A stretch of 64,000 nt of DNA from assembly GCF_009914755.1 (NCBI RefSeq), contig NC_060930.1; one strand, 5' to 3'. The position numbers were made by a program, and so were the translations under genes. Shown one piece after another: positions 60,621-64,000 of the stretch (position 1 is its first letter; every line of letters starts with the position of its first letter). The notes beneath the pieces were generated by a model, which worked only from the letters and a program-made list of their open reading frames with translations, was not told the origin of the DNA and ran no database searches. The stretch comes from the human T2T-CHM13v2.0 reference genome, Homo sapiens.

Positions 60621-61974
60621 TACCTATGAATTTTCTGAGAATAGACCATGTAGCAGATCCTTAGGAAATTCTGGTGGATGAATTGCTGGTTTCATGAGTT
60701 GCTTTTTAACTATACGTCACTTTACGAATTTCAATTGTCTTCATTATCGACAACTTTGCCATGTATTGACCAAAAGCTTCCAGACTGTAGAATCACAGTG
60801 ATTCCAAAACTCTCCCAATGAACCTGCACTCCTTTGCAATACAAAGTTGACTTTGAATGCCACTGCCCATGAAATTCTGATCTAGGCCTTATAATAGAAG
60901 GCAAGTAGCTGGTCACCCTAATTACCAACAGATGATTTCAAAAATGAACTTTTTTTTCAGGGAAGTAGTTGAAAAATTATTAGAAAAACATTCAAAATGT
61001 GGTCAACAGCAGGGACTCAGCGTGAGGCTTGAAGCAAACAGTGGAATCTTTAGAAGCCTGCTTTGTGTGCCCACGGTCAGGGGAGCAGACACAGAGCAGA
61101 TTGCAGCCCTGAGCCACTGCGGGAGCTAGAGGTACTCCTTCAGCCATCGGGTTTGGCAGGAAAAAAAAAAAAAGATTATAATAAAAAGTAAGGAAAATGA
61201 TATTGCTCATAATGTAAATATCACAACCATGGGCCATATCAGATAGGGCATCTCCGCTATTTAAAATAACTCATTTGCAAAATATAATTTGTGAAATGTC
61301 TCCTATTCTGAGATGAAGTGAAACTACAGCTAACTGTACCCCTTGATGGGTTGCCCCCAGAACTGCTGATCATTCACTTTGATGCCGCAGTAAGTACCTC
61401 ACTGGCATTGGCAAAATGTAGAGAAGACCCAGCTCCTGGCCCTTCTGCTATCAGATCTAAATATTTCAAACAAGACAAAGGCTGAGAGAACATCAGCGGG
61501 AGTTTATTTCTTAGCTCTTGAGAGGCAATTTGGCATATGGTTTCACTTTTAAAATCATCAACATCAGTCAATTCTTTCACTTAGAGATATCTTTCATGGT
61601 ATGACACTGAACACAAAATAGGGTAAACTAGGGATGTAAATGTTTTATCAGGATCAAGAAATCCTTTTGACCTGAACATAAAACAGGAACAATGCATTTA
61701 CTTCTAATTGTTTTTTTCATGGAAATAATTACAGTATGTATCAGAGTGTGTATATTGGTAGAGAGACTATCCACCTAGAAATCAGAACCCTGAAGTTCTG
61801 TTCCCAGCTTTAGGTAAGCCCCTTTTGGTTTCTTCATCCAAGACCTTTATCACGCGGTTGCAAGATGGACATGTATCATGTTCCATGCACTTCCAAATAG
61901 GCTACCTCATTTAATCCCCTTATTATTCCCACTTTGCAGACAAGAAAACCAATTCACACCAGGCCAACTGTTAG

Positions 61975-62385
<411 letters not shown>

Positions 62386-63179
62386 TAACTTTTATGTAAA
62401 GTGTATCCCAGCACACCCCTTATAAATATGGATTCTGCTTCCTTCTTTCTTCATGCTCAAAGACATAAAACTCTTGAGCAACAAGGCTAGGAATGTATCT
62501 GAATTCAAATTCAGATACATTTATTTTAAAGACCGTAAGCAATTTTTATTTCTGCAGAGGGGATGACAAGGTCACTCTGAGAGCTTACCAAGAACAGAAA
62601 GTGGAGAGAGCTCAGAGGCAGGAAATCTGCCGTGGGTCGGCCTGCCTACCTCCAATGAGTTGTGTTGTAACAGCCTGCAAGATACTACTTATCAAGGAAA
62701 TCATTTTTTACACCTCTTTTTTGCTGATTATAAAAATATGTCTAGGTGCTGAATGCAGGGAAGCAGGGCTTTGCAGAGGCTTAGGCTGAGGAGATTTCTC
62801 ATTCTAAATGACACAAATTCCTAAACAGAAATTAGGCATATTATTTCACAGAGATTGAGATTATAAAACATGCCATTTCTGGAAAAAAAAATAAAGTAAT
62901 GCCTGCTAATGACGGGGAAAGGGAGAATAAGCAAAATGTTAAAATTTTGGTGCATTCACATCCAGTATCTATCAACACATGTATGTTGTGTATTTGCATG
63001 GAACTCTACTCTTCTAAAGTAACTTAAATTGTTTGTTAACAAATTTTTTTAGACTCTTAGCCTGTATTCCTGGATATGTTTGTTATTTCCAATTTTTTAC
63101 CACTATAATATTGCAATGAGTAACCTCGTACATAAATTTGGCAAAGCCATTTCAGAAATATTTTCTAGGCACACTTAGG

Positions 63180-63395
63180 GCATGTTGTGAGTGTTTACAA
63201 CGTGCCAGTGTGCACTATTTTATTAGCATTATCAGCTCAATCCTTGCCCACATCCCATGGTGTATCTTTGATTACTATTGCCTTTTACAGATAGGAAAAC
63301 TGAGCAGAAGAAAGATTAATCCACTTGCCTTAATTCCTACAAAATTTACAGAGCCAGGGTTTGAATAGTCTATCTCCAGAGCCTAGACTTTTACT
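63180..63395 (-). mobile_element. MIR
   Basis: ccttttacagataggaaaactgag...cagagccagggtttgaa. Confidence 0.75.
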
Positions 63396-64000
63396 AAGAA
63401 CATTGCCACAATTGCCTTGTCTCCTGATATTCAGATGAAAGGGGATTTCCCTTCACATCAGATGTAGCGTATAGAAGCCTCCCAATTAGAGAGTCCAGCT
63501 GGGATAACCTGGAAACACTCTGGAATCTGGAGTTATCCTTGGGTTGCCCTAGGTCCACAATGACCACAAAGCCTATGATGTGCACCAAAGTCCACCCCCG
63601 AGTCCAGCTCCTGAGTCCATCATGCACAATAGAAAGGACATTTATTTCAAGATCCCTAACAACACACAACCTGATAAAGCCACACTGCAGACAATTCTGC
63701 AAGCCTTTCCTCTGAAGTTGATTTTTCATCTTGTTGCTTCAGAGCATGTGTCATTCTTGACTAAATTTCTCTTCCTCCCATTTTTGCACAGGCTGATTTG
63801 TAATCCTCAAAGTTAACACAAAGTTACCCTGTGAAGAGTAAACCTATTGGGAAAACACACTAAAGCTTCATAGTCAGATTATAATTAGTTTCTGTGGAGG
63901 AAAAAAGAATGACAAAAGCTACAAAAACAAGTTGTTAGTAACACCCAACTTTATGTTGAAGATGAGACAGTACATTCTGTGCTCACATATGCAGAAAGAG

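Noticed and set aside
61374-61615. Possible minus-strand coding exon (KELTDVDDFKSETICQ...) with ag/gt-like borders
   Set aside because: No recognisable protein similarity, weak splice signals and no partner exons identified; it needs RNA evidence.

Overview
AT-rich, repeat-dense primate genomic DNA (Alu, L1PA and LTR12C point to a human or ape source), intronic or intergenic. I cannot support any protein-coding gene: the long ORFs are LINE-1 ORF2, Alu, LTR12 or ERVL remnants. The window holds about 9 Alu/FLAM elements, many L1s, MIR/L2 fragments, DNA transposon relics, MaLR/ERV solo LTRs, a solo LTR12C, and a decayed two-LTR ERVL provirus (LTR16C/HERV16-like, 31661-38160). The most unusual structure is at 4668-9630. 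It is a ~3.8 kb L1PA palindrome whose ~1.85 kb arms share private mutations and surround a 99-bp spacer. The spacer carries the L1's own target-site duplication (TSD) in flipped orientation. About 1 kb upstream, a TSD-flanked 310-bp copy of the original L1 5' junction preserves flanking DNA that is otherwise absent from the window. A short snaR-related (ASR/CAS-like) Pol III retrocopy lies at 12588-12682. Repeat subfamily names come from recalled consensus motifs, not a database search, and mismatch counts were made by hand.
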